DNA of 63,048 nt, counting the filler, from Choristocarpus tenellus KU-1152 (lineage: Eukaryota; Protista; Phaeophyceae): assembly GCA_964200185.2 (NCBI GenBank). It is 10 parts of 10 records of this genome, joined end to end, with 100 filler letters (N's around TTAATTAATTAA, not from the genome) between each part and the next. Parts side by side here need not be neighbours in the genome. Positions count along the whole stretch, not along the records: positions 26,050 to 31,192 come from CAXNAD020011733.1; positions 31,293 to 38,645 come from CAXNAD020006284.1; positions 38,746 to 42,825 come from CAXNAD020016319.1; 7 more parts are not named here. One strand, written 5' to 3'. Each line of letters opens with the position of its first letter. The first letter of the stretch is position 1. A model generated the notes under the pieces. That model searched no databases, had not been told where the DNA came from, and was given only the letters and a program-made list of their open reading frames with translations. The position numbers and the translations under genes are program-made. Positions 26,050 to 38,869 of this stretch are shown here, piece by piece.

Positions 26050-27482
26050 CCACTCCAGTCCCCCTGTCCTTGATGGGTGACCCCTGTTTTTTCATTGTTT
26101 AGGTGGAAGGCGTGGAAGGGGGTGGATACAATGTTTGAATCCTCATCATTTGTAAATATTTTAGAAACCTAGATGGTGGTAAGAGGTAAACAACATTCTC
26201 CCATCAAAAACGTTAAACCTTTATCAGTAGGTTAGGGGTACATTAACGTCTCAACAAGGACTACTTTTTGCTGGTTCAATCCCCACCATGGTTACACATT
26301 CGTCAAGACGTAAACACACTTCCTGGACACACAACTGCACTCTTGTATCTGCCCCATCAATAAAGGCTGTTCCCAGATAGAGAGACAGCAAACCTCGGAT
26401 GAAACCTAATCAAGTCTAACAGCTCGAAAACCTAGGAATTAGTATTAGTAAAGACATTCCTGTAGTAAACCCCTGAGCTAACAAAAAAATAGTTAGTGAG
26501 CTGACTAGACACCGGAGTAGCAGCATGTACATGGTTAATGGGCAATTTCAGACTAGGCCCGGGTTCACAAGTAGTTCGCACATTTGAGAGAAACCTGACA
26601 TACTGAGCTGGAGGGCTTCATAGTTGTGGCAACAAAAACTTGACTGTGTAAGATTACATCAACAGCGACAAACAGATTTGACGGTACTCACTTATTCTAC
26701 CCCTCTCATTCTCCCCATCCCCCCCCCCCGTCCAACCTCCCCCCCCTTGACCACATCGCAAAAGTAGGATATGCAGACACAATCATTGTGGTTTCCAGCG
26801 ATAAACCCAGATGGCCACATTCTGGTATAATATATGATGTAAATCTAAGCTGGAGGGTATAGCAGTTTGCATCTCCTGGATGTTATGCGCTCAGATTGGC
26901 AGCGATGAGGGAAGGGAAGGGGATGGCGTCATTCATGCCACGTAGTGACATGTAAACTGCACCAAATAGATGACAGGAATACGGTATGCGAACCGGCTCA
27001 GGTTTTGATGTAGATTCGAAAGTTTGAGAAAGTGTCATTGAGGTTGTGGATGCTCAAGGCACCCATATTGTTTACTGGTTATTGTGAGAGGGTGGGGGTT
27101 CAGGTTCCTGTTGACCAGGCACAGCATGTCCCAAAGATGATGCCCAAATTTCTGCATATGTGCTTTAAATCTTTCCTTCGCCTTGTATTTCACAAAGTTG
27201 TGGACATCCTTATTTTGTAATATTACATGCAATGCTGTAAATGTTTAGCTGTGCATATCTAAGTAGTTATCCAAGGAGCCCCATGCACTAAATATGTGAA
27301 GTACTACCCCCCACCCCACGGTCCCTTTATCCATAGGAGAGTTCATACACCCCCCTAGCGAGCTTGACAGCCACACGGGAAGTGGAAGAGGGTGTTGTGA
27401 AGTTATCAGTAAGCTTGTGGTTGTCTTCCTGAAGATCAATACGCTTTTACATTATTGAGAATGAAGCTTCTTTGAACTGTGT

Positions 27483-27740
27483 GAGTCAAAGTATCTGAGA
27501 GGGTAAACCTGTGTCCATTCGGGGATCAAAATTCATTGTTGTGATTTTGATGTAATTTTGGCTATCGTGTTTGTTAAAAAGTGTCGATATCCTTATGCTA
27601 GGCACACCTTTTAATATCATACACATTTTACCTACTCCGAAATATTTCGGGGTAGGAAAATGTTATAAAAAAACTGTGGGAAGTCAAGCCGCAAATGGAC
27701 AAATATGGGAAAACTCGTACCCTCTGAGATACTTTCACCC
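27483..27740. mobile_element. Full-length Sola2-like MITE (~260 bp)
   Basis: TIRs GAGTCAAAGTATCTGAGAGGGTA / TACCCTCTGAGATACTTTCACCC; internal hairpin CCTACTCCGAAATATTTCGGGGTAGG. TSD not clean. Confidence 0.9.
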
Positions 27741-29179
27741 TATGAATTATTTGGCATACATAGACACATCGTGTCTGTCACTTCTTCTTTGACCACCTTC
27801 ATGTTGCTTACATCCGTGGGTGCTCTCACGTGTGTGTTAGTGTGTGTGTGTGTGTTGTAATTACGGTCAATGTCTTTCTGGCTTCTGCATGAACCACCTG
27901 AACATACCATTTTTGTTGTACCAAGCAAAGATTTCTTACTTGGAAGTAATTGAGATCTCCATGATCGCTCATCATGTATCATAGTATCATGTTATTCTTG
28001 ATAATGACATGTTGTCTAAGTTCAGCGCATTCTTGTATGTTGGGTCTTGGATATTGTCAGTTGGTGCATTAGAAGGCCCTTGCTGTATATGTAATAGAGA
28101 TTTTGTTGTCGTGTTTATATTTGTTTGTCTTGATTGCCTATTCTTGTTCCCTTCATGACAATATCTACAAAATGTCAGTGGGCAAAATAAAATAGAGCTA
28201 GCTCAAATACTCGAGCAAGCAGCATGTTCAAGTCTTTTCTTTTCTTGAAATGGACATGCTCATAATAGTATTTCAAATATAGTAAATGAGTCCATACTTT
28301 TAAGTACTACGTAATAGTAGTGCAGAGCGCACTATCATCGCTTGCACTGATTTTCGTGTTTGTGGACTGCATCATCAGTATTGTAAGCATACCTTACGCA
28401 CATACATACATACATAGTATTACCACAAAGTAACACATGACCACTGACAAGTACAGTGTGATACAGGAGATAAAGGGAAACAGTCACGGCAACCTTAATC
28501 CTGTTCTTTGTGCGTGTGTACATTAATTTCAGCAGATTGGTACTCTTTGGTATAGCTCTTGATAAGAGTTTCAATTGGAGAGGAAAGTTCTGCTCTTGTT
28601 TTTTGTCCAGCCAAAGAATGCCTGCTTCTGTCATATTGTTCAAGGAACAAATCATGCATCAGCAAAGGTCCATTCTTGATGGGGGAAAGCTTCCATCTGT
28701 TACAGACTATACACTGACGATTATGTCAAACGAAAGGGTTGAAATAGAACTGCCTTTCTCTTTGGTGCAAGATACTGCAACACCTCTTCACCACACCGAT
28801 GCGAAGGCCAGTTCATTTTATCCCTTAGAACTTGTATAAACGTTGTCTTACTTTCCACAATCGCTGCAACTTTTTCCTTGTCAACATCAAACACCATTCA
28901 TTGAGAAATTTTTGAAATGGTGTCCTCCATGCATTAGTTGTTACAATCTGGTACACGAAAATGACTTGCTACGATGTATTGACACCTATGTCCACAATAT
29001 GACTTCATTCCTCCTTTATTCATGATGGGTTTTTTTAGCGAGTCCACGTACCATCACTGTTGCAAATAACACTTCTGAAAACAGACTATCTTGAGATTTT
29101 TTAGTGAGCGTAACACTTGAAAGTGGATTTATAAAATTGAGAATGGATTTGACCGAAAATGGTGCGGAAAAAGTGACGG

Positions 29180-29870
29180 TATGTTTTATTCTGTAAATGT
29201 TAGGGCACTTTTTAAGGGACCCTTTTTGAACGGGAATCCGTGCCGAAGGTGGTAGTAGGACATGCTTAATTGATCTTGTGCGTTTCCAATGTCCAGAAAC
29301 CAAAAGGTCACAAACATAGTGGCCCCCTCCAATTTTTTGAGGTACAAAATCTGAAATTGTTGGACATTTGTATTCTTAAAGAGTGAAACTATCTTAGAGG
29401 GTACACGATAGCCAAAATTACATCAAAGTCACAAAATTGTATTTTGACCCCCAAATGGACGCGGCTCTACCCTCTAATAATATACTTCGGCTCTAAAAAT
29501 ACTAGAGACGGCAAAAAGCGGTTCTTGAGTTTCGATGATTTCTCTTGCTGTTGACAATTGTGTTACATGAAAAAAGGAATCTCGAACAGCATACGATTAC
29601 ATAATGAAAAGAGACAGTAATGGTTTTTTGTGACCTTTTCGTTTCGTACGTTTGAAACATACTGGATCAATGAAGGATGTGGTTTGTATATTTAATTGTT
29701 GATGTAAAGATTAGAATATCATTATTATTCTGTAAAAACAAATTAAACCATATGCGCGGAAAGTCCCATGTTATTTTTTTGTAAATGTTGCAGTACTTTT
29801 TAAGCGCCCCTTTTTGAATGGGAATCCATGCCGAAGGCGGTAGTAGGACATACTTGATCGATCTTGTGTG
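29180..29870. repeat. Diverged ~100-bp direct repeat pair (~29180-29282 and ~29770-29870)
   Basis: Both copies contain TTTTTAAG...CCCTTTTTGAA.GGGAATCC.TGCCGAAGG.GGTAGTAGGACAT.CTT.AT.GATCTTGTG. Confidence 0.8.
29381..29493. mobile_element. Internally deleted Sola2-like MITE with TAAA TSD
   Basis: taaa|GAGTGAAACTATCTTAGAGGGTA...TACTTCGGCTC|taaa. Confidence 0.9.
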
Positions 29871-29956
29871 AAACAGGTGGAAACAGTCGACAGGTGGTGC
29901 AAAAACGGTAACCATATTGTGGCAAAGGTTGAACACACTACCGATCCAATACTTAC

Positions 29957-30873
29957 CTGCAAGGCCCATGGTTTTCTACGCGACGTATTTGGGTGCCGCA
30001 TTAGCTAGGTTAGGACTCAGGAATAAAAAGAAAAGTTTATTCTGCATGCCAGTAACTAAACTCGGCCATTCATTCTTCACAACATATGCAACTTAGCCCA
30101 TTCTATACCACATTCACCTTGATCTGGTAGCCGAAGTCCATCGCCACTGTCTTCGCAACGAAAATGGTTGCCTCATCGCGTCCCATTTCCTTTCCCTGAG
30201 GATTGACAACCTCAGAAAAACATCGCTGCGTCTCCGTTGGGACGAGGGTCTGCCCCAAGGCTTCCGGCAGGCAGGAAGGGCCTATCACGCATTCTTGAAC
30301 GAGAGACGTGGATACCTGGAACATCATGTGCGTACATGTGACAGCCCAACAATGTGGCAGTGAAGTGGGTTAGCCATGCGATAAGGTTTCGTCACGTATG
30401 TAGGGGTTATTCCAGCGTTGATTAAAGATGTTCTGGTGTACTGCAGCACGTTTGTTTTTTGTTCGTGTGGGGAAGGAGGACATTACAACGTACCGACACT
30501 CACACCAAAGTCTTCGGGGCTCGCGATTTCCAGCGGTGGTGTGGGTAACTGTGTGCACCGTGTTAGCAACATGTAAACATCGACAAGGAAACATCACTAG
30601 TACAATTGCACGCCCGAGATCTATCCATAGGGAACGAAGACAGACAACAAGTTGGAAAGCAATGGGAAAAAAAGCCAGCACACCCTTCTTACCTTCCATT
30701 TGCCATCCTTGTAGGCTTGGCCGAAGGACTTGTCCATCTTCTCTTTCCCCTCGAACTTTGACACCGCGTTGGATACGAACACCTCCACCCTCCTGCTCCG
30801 TTCAAGGGCCGCCTCCACCACGTTGTGCCTCTCTGCGCTGAAGGAGACGACGGTGTCCCCAGCATTCGTGTAC
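29957..30873 (-). CDS. Internal exons of an unidentified protein (30873-30693, 30315-30118, possibly 30004-29957)
   Basis: GC-richer open exons with AG/GTAAG and AG/GTGAA boundaries, phase-compatible: YTNAGDTVVSFSAERHNVVEAALERSRR...GKWK|VSTSLVQECV...VAMDFGYQIK|LMRHPNTSRRKPWALQ. Confidence 0.55.
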
Positions 30874-31192
30874 CTATCATAGGAGGGCAGTTCGTCAATT
30901 ATCCCGAGGATTACATTTTATTGCGCAGGGATTCATCATATCGCAATGTATGAGTAACGTTCCGATACAGAGCAACACACTCTTGGTGCGGTTTGACACT
31001 TAATGTACCGATTCAGGGAAATGTAGAAATGGGATGGTTTGATGCCCCTCAACCGTCACCCAGCTCGTTCTGTTGCTGTTTAACGATCTCCTACACCTAT
31101 ACAAAAAAAGTCGCTGCTTCTGTGAAGAAGGGTGTGTGTGACGTTATTAACAACCTGTTTGTGAAGAATATGCTTTTTATTTATGTGTAAAA

Positions 31193-31292
31193 NNNNNNNN
31201 NNNNNNNNNNNNNNNNNNNNNNNNNNNNNNNNNNNNTTAATTAATTAANNNNNNNNNNNNNNNNNNNNNNNNNNNNNNNNNNNNNNNNNNNN
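31193..31292. other. Artificial contig spacer
   Basis: N44-TTAATTAATTAA-N44. Confidence 0.98.
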
Positions 31293-31731
31293 GGTGTTTG
31301 AGATTGTGAGTCGATTCTTTTCACTTGCTCTCCTTGCATTGGTGTTGCGGGAGTGGTTCTTTATTGTTTTGTTGTATCTTTGGCTCAGTCGTATGCTTAT
31401 GTTGCAGGTATCAGGGGAGCTCCATGTGCGAATCCAGTTGAGGCTGGTGGGGATGCCATTCATGGATTCTGTGTTGGAAAGAATCAAAGTTGCCCTGTTG
31501 ATCACCCTAGTGGAGTTTGTAGCCTGCCTTTTGATGAGCAACTTTGTATCCGATCGTGAAGATGTGATTGTTCCTGATCAACCACGTCAAATTATCAGTA
31601 CTGTAGCTATAGTCTGCATGGTTGGTAAGCTTGTAATGGCATTCCTATTTGTGTTCCATTTAAGTCCCTTGTACAGGAGAGTCAGGGTGAACCCACCACA
31701 TTGCCAACTCCACTTGGTGGCCCTGTTGTGA
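31293..31731 (+). CDS. C-terminal part of a multi-pass membrane protein, probably XK-related (Xkr scramblase family), 5' partial
   Basis: Open from the contig edge with four to five hydrophobic segments. EIVSRFFSLALLA resembles the XK RVLALALFA helix, followed by ..LW.., LVEF and a final G...F helix. Confidence 0.55.
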
Positions 31732-33313
31732 CTGGAGATGAGATAGCAGTACGGAGAGTATATCATTTCCTTGAGGATGTAGAACCAAATGCCGATGGTG
31801 AGGAGGAAATTGGTGTAGATGGCTACAATGAGAAGCGGATAAATATTGTTGCAGTAGAGTAGTGGGTGTTAGGTACCACATAGCTGCAGGATATTATATA
31901 TGTGGATGGCAGGGTCGAATGACTTACAGGTCGACTCAGATGAAAGGCATGGGCGAAGAAGGATGACTTGATGATTGTGGAGCTAAGATGAGAGATTTGT
32001 TGGAGAATGTATTTTACTGTATATTTTTGAGACAAGGAGGGTGGAAAGGTTAACTTTGTGTGCATGACACTTAGTTGAGGGAACAGTAATTGGCACAAAT
32101 TTCATGTGTGTCGGGATAGAAGGACTCGGGATGGGCATGAGCAAAGTGAGGCCCTGGAGAAAAGAGCCCCTTGATCCATCCTGGAGTGTCAGTAAGTGAT
32201 CAATATTTATCTCAGATTTTGTGAGAGTGTCCATTGACCCGATTGGAGATGGCATGCCTCATGACTCGCAAGATTCCAAACTCCACAGTACGACCACCTT
32301 GTCAGGCAGTACAGCAGTTATGCTGTTGGGAGGTGTAGATGAGGTTTTTGTGGTTGAAATTACAGTACATTTTTTTTCATTGCTTAATGTGCACAATTGT
32401 GTTCGCAAAAATGATGTTTCCCCCTTACACAAAGTCACACCACACTTCAGCAAACGCTCTGCAATTGTGTACAAATGGCATCTTTTACCCCTTTCTCGGG
32501 ATCCTCGAAATGTGAACTTGCCTACCTTTAAGTTGGTTTGACTTGAGGAGTGACCAGTTGCTTGGGATTACTATTTAATGCTTACATTCAACTTCAGCCA
32601 TACCTCTTTTTTCTTTGCCACGGATAAATGAACATTATGTGATAATTACCTCCTCTCAAAACAAAATATGTTGATATCAATTATACAGTACTACCATGAA
32701 TGTCCTAACAACATTAATTGTATTGCTCAGGGGTAAGCATACCAAGGTTATTAACAGTGTAGCATTGTAGGAGTAGAGAGTAAGCGTGCCAATGACATGG
32801 AACCATCTCCAGCTTGTTCTTCATTTATTGAGTCTACAGACGACTAAATTGAAGCAGTACAAGCCTGAGGAGTTCTAGCACGGTGCTCTACCTAGGTGGA
32901 AAACGGGAAGGATAACAACATGCATCATGGCGGAGAAAGCACAGGCAGTGATTTCCTCAAGTCGCACACCTTTCTATATCAAAAAATGGAAATTGACAAT
33001 ACATCCAAATTCAAACTAGTGGGACACATACTGAACCTGGCACTTCTAAGTGCCACATGAGGGCACAAACTAAAGCAAAAAGGGCAGAGAGACGCATGCC
33101 TTCCTTCCTCTTCATACTACTCAAATGGTTGGGGGGTTAGGACTGGATAGGAAAGGACATCTCATAACTTCTGTGGTGGTATTGACCCTCTATCATATTG
33201 TGGCCTTGATAGGAACAATCCCAAAAATAACTCAAAAAGCATACCTTGAAACATTCCACCATCCACACCAACATGATGTGTATACACATCTGAATAAAAT
33301 TATATTCTAAGCT

Positions 33314-36300
33314 CTACAACTCCTCGTATCTAACTCCAAACAGGATAGCGTAATAGTAGAGGATGTGTCCATACATCGCCACCACTGTCCAGAATCCAAT
33401 CCTTTTCCACTGCCTTTTTGTATCCCACCCCTCACTCAGATGCCACATGGAGGACCTCAAGGTCCTAAACACCACTGTGACTACAATGCCAAGGACAACC
33501 AGTGAACAAAAAACGATGTACAATATATACCCTTGAGATTCTGGGAGGCTCATCAATATCTTAATAATGATATATGATACCCACTGGGCAAGACCAGCAC
33601 CAAGAAGAGTAGCGGGGGCATGTGGACGATCAGGCCAACCCACAAAATATGCAGTTGTGTGGAGGGCGAAACCAACTATAAGTGCAAACTGTGCAAAGGA
33701 AAAGAGGGTATAGTTGTAAGCAGTCCCAATAAACAAAAAACCGTTGCTACGAATCATGTCATCATACAAACCAGCAAACGAACCAAGTACATCAATCCAC
33801 CATACCACGATCCACACGATAATGATACAAGTCGACCCCACTTGGTGCGGAGGAATGCATTCTTTACCTACCCTGCAGGCGTGGACACAAAATGACAGGA
33901 GACCGTAGACCGCTGATGCAGCCATTGTGACACCCATTATGTGAAACGGTATAGATGCTATAGTGAAGAACAGGCACTGAATATTCACGCAGATGTCGTC
34001 TTTATCCGATATGTTCTTCTCTGTCAGTATGGCGAAAGTCACGCCAAGTGCAAAGCTGAGTGCGATGGTCTCCAGCACACAAAACAAGCGCCATGACTCC
34101 GGGACATACATGAGAGCTTTCATTGCCTTCTCATCCTGGATACGTTCCAGCAGAAGGGGCCGAGTTTCCAGGAGCAGCAGTGTTTGCAGACAAAGTAGTG
34201 CCGTAAAAAATAGTGGCATTGTATCCGAGGAGGCTTGAGGGGGAAGACTGAAATTGTCCAGAAAATAAAATTGTATTGTTTCACTGAATCATAAATCCAA
34301 GACCATACTGACACAATTCTACCATTTGTATCTTTCCAATGCTCTTGTCTGCATGCGACGCAATCAGAAAGGTCTGAGTATTCTTCAACCGAGAGTCGCT
34401 TTATACCAGGCGTGCACAAGGGTGTCCTTCATCATTGGAAACATGCCTAATCATGAGACCACTCACAAAAGAAAAAATCGATCCAAACACTGTAACATAA
34501 CGTAGCAGGATTGGAATATAGTGCCTCCAAGATAAGAAGGAGATAACTGCGTAGTACCCTTCCTGATTGGGTAAGCCACCTCATGAGCAGTGCTGATTGG
34601 TCGGCTTCCATCATGACACGAGCAACTTACTGCACTTCGGTCAGAGGCATGAAAACAAACACACAATATACCTGTCTTTGACACTAGAAATTAAACATGC
34701 TATCTGGACTCCCAACAACTCCCTACCCCACACCACACCTCCTTGGGATACTCTAAGGACAACTTTTCAATGTCAATAACCATCTCACAAAGGGTGCCCG
34801 AGTCTACCGCACACCATCACTGACTCTTCTCAACCTCTCGCCGTTGAGCACACAAAGCTCGACACAATCGAGCTCAATTCGCATCCTAGGCACAATGCAA
34901 CTCCTCATTGGAGTATAACTCGCACATGAACACAAACAAGCACAAAGTCACTCGCATTCGTGTGTTGCTCGACCGCCTAGGTGCTAAAGTGCTCTTGATT
35001 CCTACAGCTCATTGATTGGGAAATGCAAGCGAGGTACCTTCAAAGGTAACTCTCCTCCAGCCATCATGTGTACTGCACACATAATCACGAGTTGGGGAAT
35101 AAAAATAAAAACACTGTATTGATTGGAATGGATATCTTGCTGACTGCCGTAATGTCTGTTTGCAACGATGCAGCCGTTCCAATCACGAGGTATGCTATTT
35201 CTCTTGTCCAAAACCATGCGCACATGTTCACAGAGTAGGCAGCACTAAAAAACTCGATTAAACCACATTAAGTCCTTGATCAATATAAATATAGTGCCTT
35301 GCCTCCAAAATATAATATTGTGCTATTGATCCCACCACACCAATCGTGGACACGGCTTTAAGATAAATGAATGATTTATGAAGACAATTGCTCGCGGTGT
35401 ACGTAGCGTTTCAAGTCATTTTCTTGACCCATTATGATCTGCAATCATAAATAAAGTTAATAAACCTCTGATCTTAAACATGGTGAGTTACCACAAATCG
35501 GTGCGATAACTAATCTGTGGGAGTTATCACATCAAATCATGGAACGGAACTCTTCCACTTTATCAGCACCTCCTGACAACACAATCAATTACTGTTAGAA
35601 CATCATAGTACATGGGAAGCATAGTTTGAAAAATTCCTGAACATCATAGGTCCGACCTCAACATGCTCGACTGAGGAAAAATCAGGTCTACTATGCCGCA
35701 GAAGGATAAAACTGTTTCTATTTTCATCTCCTAGCATCAGTGTTTTCTTACTCTATTCTGTTGAGACATACACGCCTCAGGGACAAAAATTTTCCATGAG
35801 AATTCAGGGAATGGAGTGCTGCTACCAAGAGATGATCAAGAGGATTAAAAAAAAAAATTGAGCCATTGCTTATAATAGTACATTGTGTATTGCTTGCGCC
35901 TTTTCCGTGTAGTGTAGTTCCTGACCCTTTCCTTGTACACACTTAGAGCTAGCTAGGGTTAGCGTTGATGTGATGGCAATCAAAAATCCAATTAAATAGG
36001 TACAATGGTTCATCATCAATGGCTCATGATTCCTGAGTGTAAGTTCCCAACTGCTTCCTTGCACACACTTAAGGCTAGGGATAGGGATAGGATTATGGTT
36101 AGGTTTAGGGTTGACCTAAGCATGCCTTCAACACTGAAACTGACATTTAGATTTGTGCTCTGGTGTGTACCTGTACCTGTGCATGTGCGTGTGCATGCGC
36201 GTGTAAGGGCTGTGATAATTTTGAAGTACCCTCCATTGTGCAATTGCAGGACTGGTCAACTAACACAAAGAATATGATGAGATACTCAGACACTCACCAC

Positions 36301-37697
36301 TTCTGCCACAAAAAGGACAGCAGCGGCCCCAAGGATGAGATCCACACCTTCCAGGTCATAAAATAGTGACAGAGATGCTGCAGCCAACATAGCAAATGAA
36401 AGGACAAGCAACACACCAAAAAAACGCCGACGACATGGCATTCTTCCAGGGTGATAGAGGAGGTGACACCCTGCCACCAAGTCCGGAGATGCAATGGACA
36501 GCATCAAGAACATGGTGACCGTGACGGACATGAGGGAGCTCTCATTCTCAGAAGTATTTTGTTCTGGATCAGAATCAGCTGCCACCCAGATTACAGTGCC
36601 ATATACAACCAATTGCCACTGTCGTGTGAAGAGAGAGGAAGCTTGTCATTCACAGTGAGTGGGGTCATTGTGGGACAAAAAGGGAAAAACAGTAATATAT
36701 CATGTCGAAGAGGCTGTCGAGGCATGGTCATGCAGAAAACCCACCACTCACCACTAGGACTACCCACCCAAGAGCAACATCCTCAGCAGGTACCGATGCT
36801 TCGTTCTTGGTGCACAAAGGTTGGCAGGCCCATAGGTACACAGATCCTTCAAGGTACTGTAGCTCATCGCTATGTGCACTTCCAACTGCAGCAGGCAAGA
36901 ATGAGATTAAACTGAAACCGACATCCACATTCTTCGAAATGCAGGAGTCAATAGAAACACAACAAAGCAAATCGTCCAAGTGGGGCTTCAAATGGAACTA
37001 CTAAAGTGTCATTCAACCAAACCTACTTTCAGAGTACCAGATATACTATTTTACGCCATTATCCAGCGTCAGGCTGGTCTGCAACATTTTGGGTGAGGCA
37101 TAGTCTGAGACAGTCCTATGACTGAGAATGAAAAGGCTAAGCAAGTGCCAACATTCCTTGGGAGCATACATCACAACTGCAGCCCTCAGTTCGATTGGAC
37201 GGACAAAAAATCTCAACCGAAACAGGATTGCGTAAGGCGTCAAGTATAAAGATGGGGGCTTTCCCTCAGGCCACAACATTTTGACGAGGCATGAGGAGTA
37301 TCAGCAACTTGCACCACACGCAAGGTGTGTTCTTCAGTCGACAAGCTGGCGTCCATTCACCCTTTCCACTGCCTAGTCACAAACCTCACTCACCTTGAGG
37401 AAGGCGACTGATCCACAAAACCTTTTCCTTGTGGCAATATGAGTAAGCTTCTCGAAGTTCTGTCAACTCCTGGACCAGCATCCTCTGGTCTGTCATGCCC
37501 AGATAGCCCCGCTTTCCAGAGAGAGCTCCTTTCACTCCCTCGATTTCCCATTCCAACCGGTCCATCATGACGGCCACCCTTGCCAATTCATTTTCAACGT
37601 CAGAAGTCCCTCTGATATTTACTTCTTCTGCTTCTGCTTCGCCTTCCTCTTGCCCAGTATATACTCGAGGGCCATCAATGACGGGCCTGTGCGACAC
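33314..37697 (-). CDS. Multi-pass membrane protein of unknown function; exons ~37697-37394, 36885-36752, 36618-36298, tentative micro-exon 34426-34407, 34247-33314
   Basis: Phase-compatible junctions RLPQ|VGSAH, GWVVLV|WQLVVYG and LFVAEV|DTLVHA|CLPPQ. Coiled-coil-like N-terminus, DLILGAAAVLFVAEVD motif, and a 311-codon last exon with about eight hydrophobic helices. Linkage of the last exon to the rest is less certain. Confidence 0.65.
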
Positions 37698-38200
37698 GTT
37701 GAGGGGAGGTTTCTCAGGTTATACAGTCAACTCAGCATAGAGGTAGAATTTCGAATAGGAAATCTACTCTACAACCTATCTGCATGGTATTTCAAAACAC
37801 AACCGAGGTTCCCATCAACAGACCAAAGCGTTCAGAGTCTCATGCCGTATTGACTTGAAGTCACTGGCACCTGGGGAAATCCTCCAATGGGTCCATTAGT
37901 ATATTCACTGGGCAATATTTGAGGGTGGTCTTGGAGTTGAGGCAGGTGTAGAAAATAGAGCGAGCGCAGATACTTACACCTCATCTCACCAAATATGCGT
38001 TGCATGTCCAGATTCCTCATCATAAGGCATATAAGTTTTTTCTTGTGGTATGAATGTTCTATGAGATTATGTTTATGTTCTCTTCATAAGCTAAAATATT
38101 TGTAGTACTTTCTTTGATCGGCTTGATTTGAACAATCGACATAAACAATTTATTGTAAAATTAATTCACAAAAAAAATAGTCCCCAATTACACCATATCT

Positions 38201-38820
38201 TACAACGGAGAAATTTTGTTTTGCTCACGAATTCTGGATTATTATTATTAGCTTATTCCTTGTTTCCCCTATTCCCCATTCCTGTCCTTTCCCATGTATT
38301 CCTTCTTCTGACCAGCCCCTTCCGACCCCTTCGCAACTGGTTTCCTATTTACTCCCCCATGAGGTGACCAACCAGTGCGACCCATTCGCCCCTGAATTCC
38401 AGTCACCCCACCCCCACCTCTGATGACCAACCAGTGCGAATGCCCTTTGTCACTGATTTCCAGTCACCCCCATTTGATGACCAACCAGTGTGAATGCCCT
38501 TCGTCACTGATTTCCAGCCATCCCCCACATTTGATAACCAACCAGTGCAAACCTCCTTCGCCCCTGATTTCCAGTCACCCCCCCCCCCCCCCTCCCCACC
38601 CCACCCCAACTACCCCCCCCCCCACACCCCCCCCCCCTCCCCCCCNNNNNNNNNNNNNNNNNNNNNNNNNNNNNNNNNNNNNNNNNNNNTTAATTAATTA
38701 ANNNNNNNNNNNNNNNNNNNNNNNNNNNNNNNNNNNNNNNNNNNNGATAGAGGAATAAGAAAATAGGAATGTGCCAATAATAATAATAATCCAGAATTCG
38801 TGAGCAAAACAAATTTGTAT
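38201..38820. mobile_element. TIR element spanning a gap, with four internal 54-59-bp tandem repeats and a poly-C tract
   Basis: TTTGTTTTGCTCACGAATTCTGGATTATTATTATT (~38215-38250) is the reverse complement of ~38777-38815. Repeat units TGA.AACCAGTG start at 38365, 38424, 38478 and 38535. Confidence 0.75.
38646..38745. other. Artificial contig spacer
   Basis: N44-TTAATTAATTAA-N44. Confidence 0.98.
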
Positions 38821-38869
38821 ATATTATAACTACGACAAATTGTTTATTACTTACTGATTGTGAGGCCAC

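Noticed and set aside
32100-32560. HNCRAFAE as a possible papain-like (PPPDE) motif
   Set aside because: Surrounded by stops, with no supporting His motif or exon structure.
34248-34426. In-frame TGA/TAG codons upstream of the 301-aa ORF as possible stop-codon recoding or selenocysteine
   Set aside because: Four stops of two types in ~60 codons; an intron explains them more simply, and other genes use the standard code.
38365-38590. Regularly spaced repeats that could suggest a CRISPR array
   Set aside because: Whole units are similar, with no unique spacers. No cas genes, eukaryotic context.
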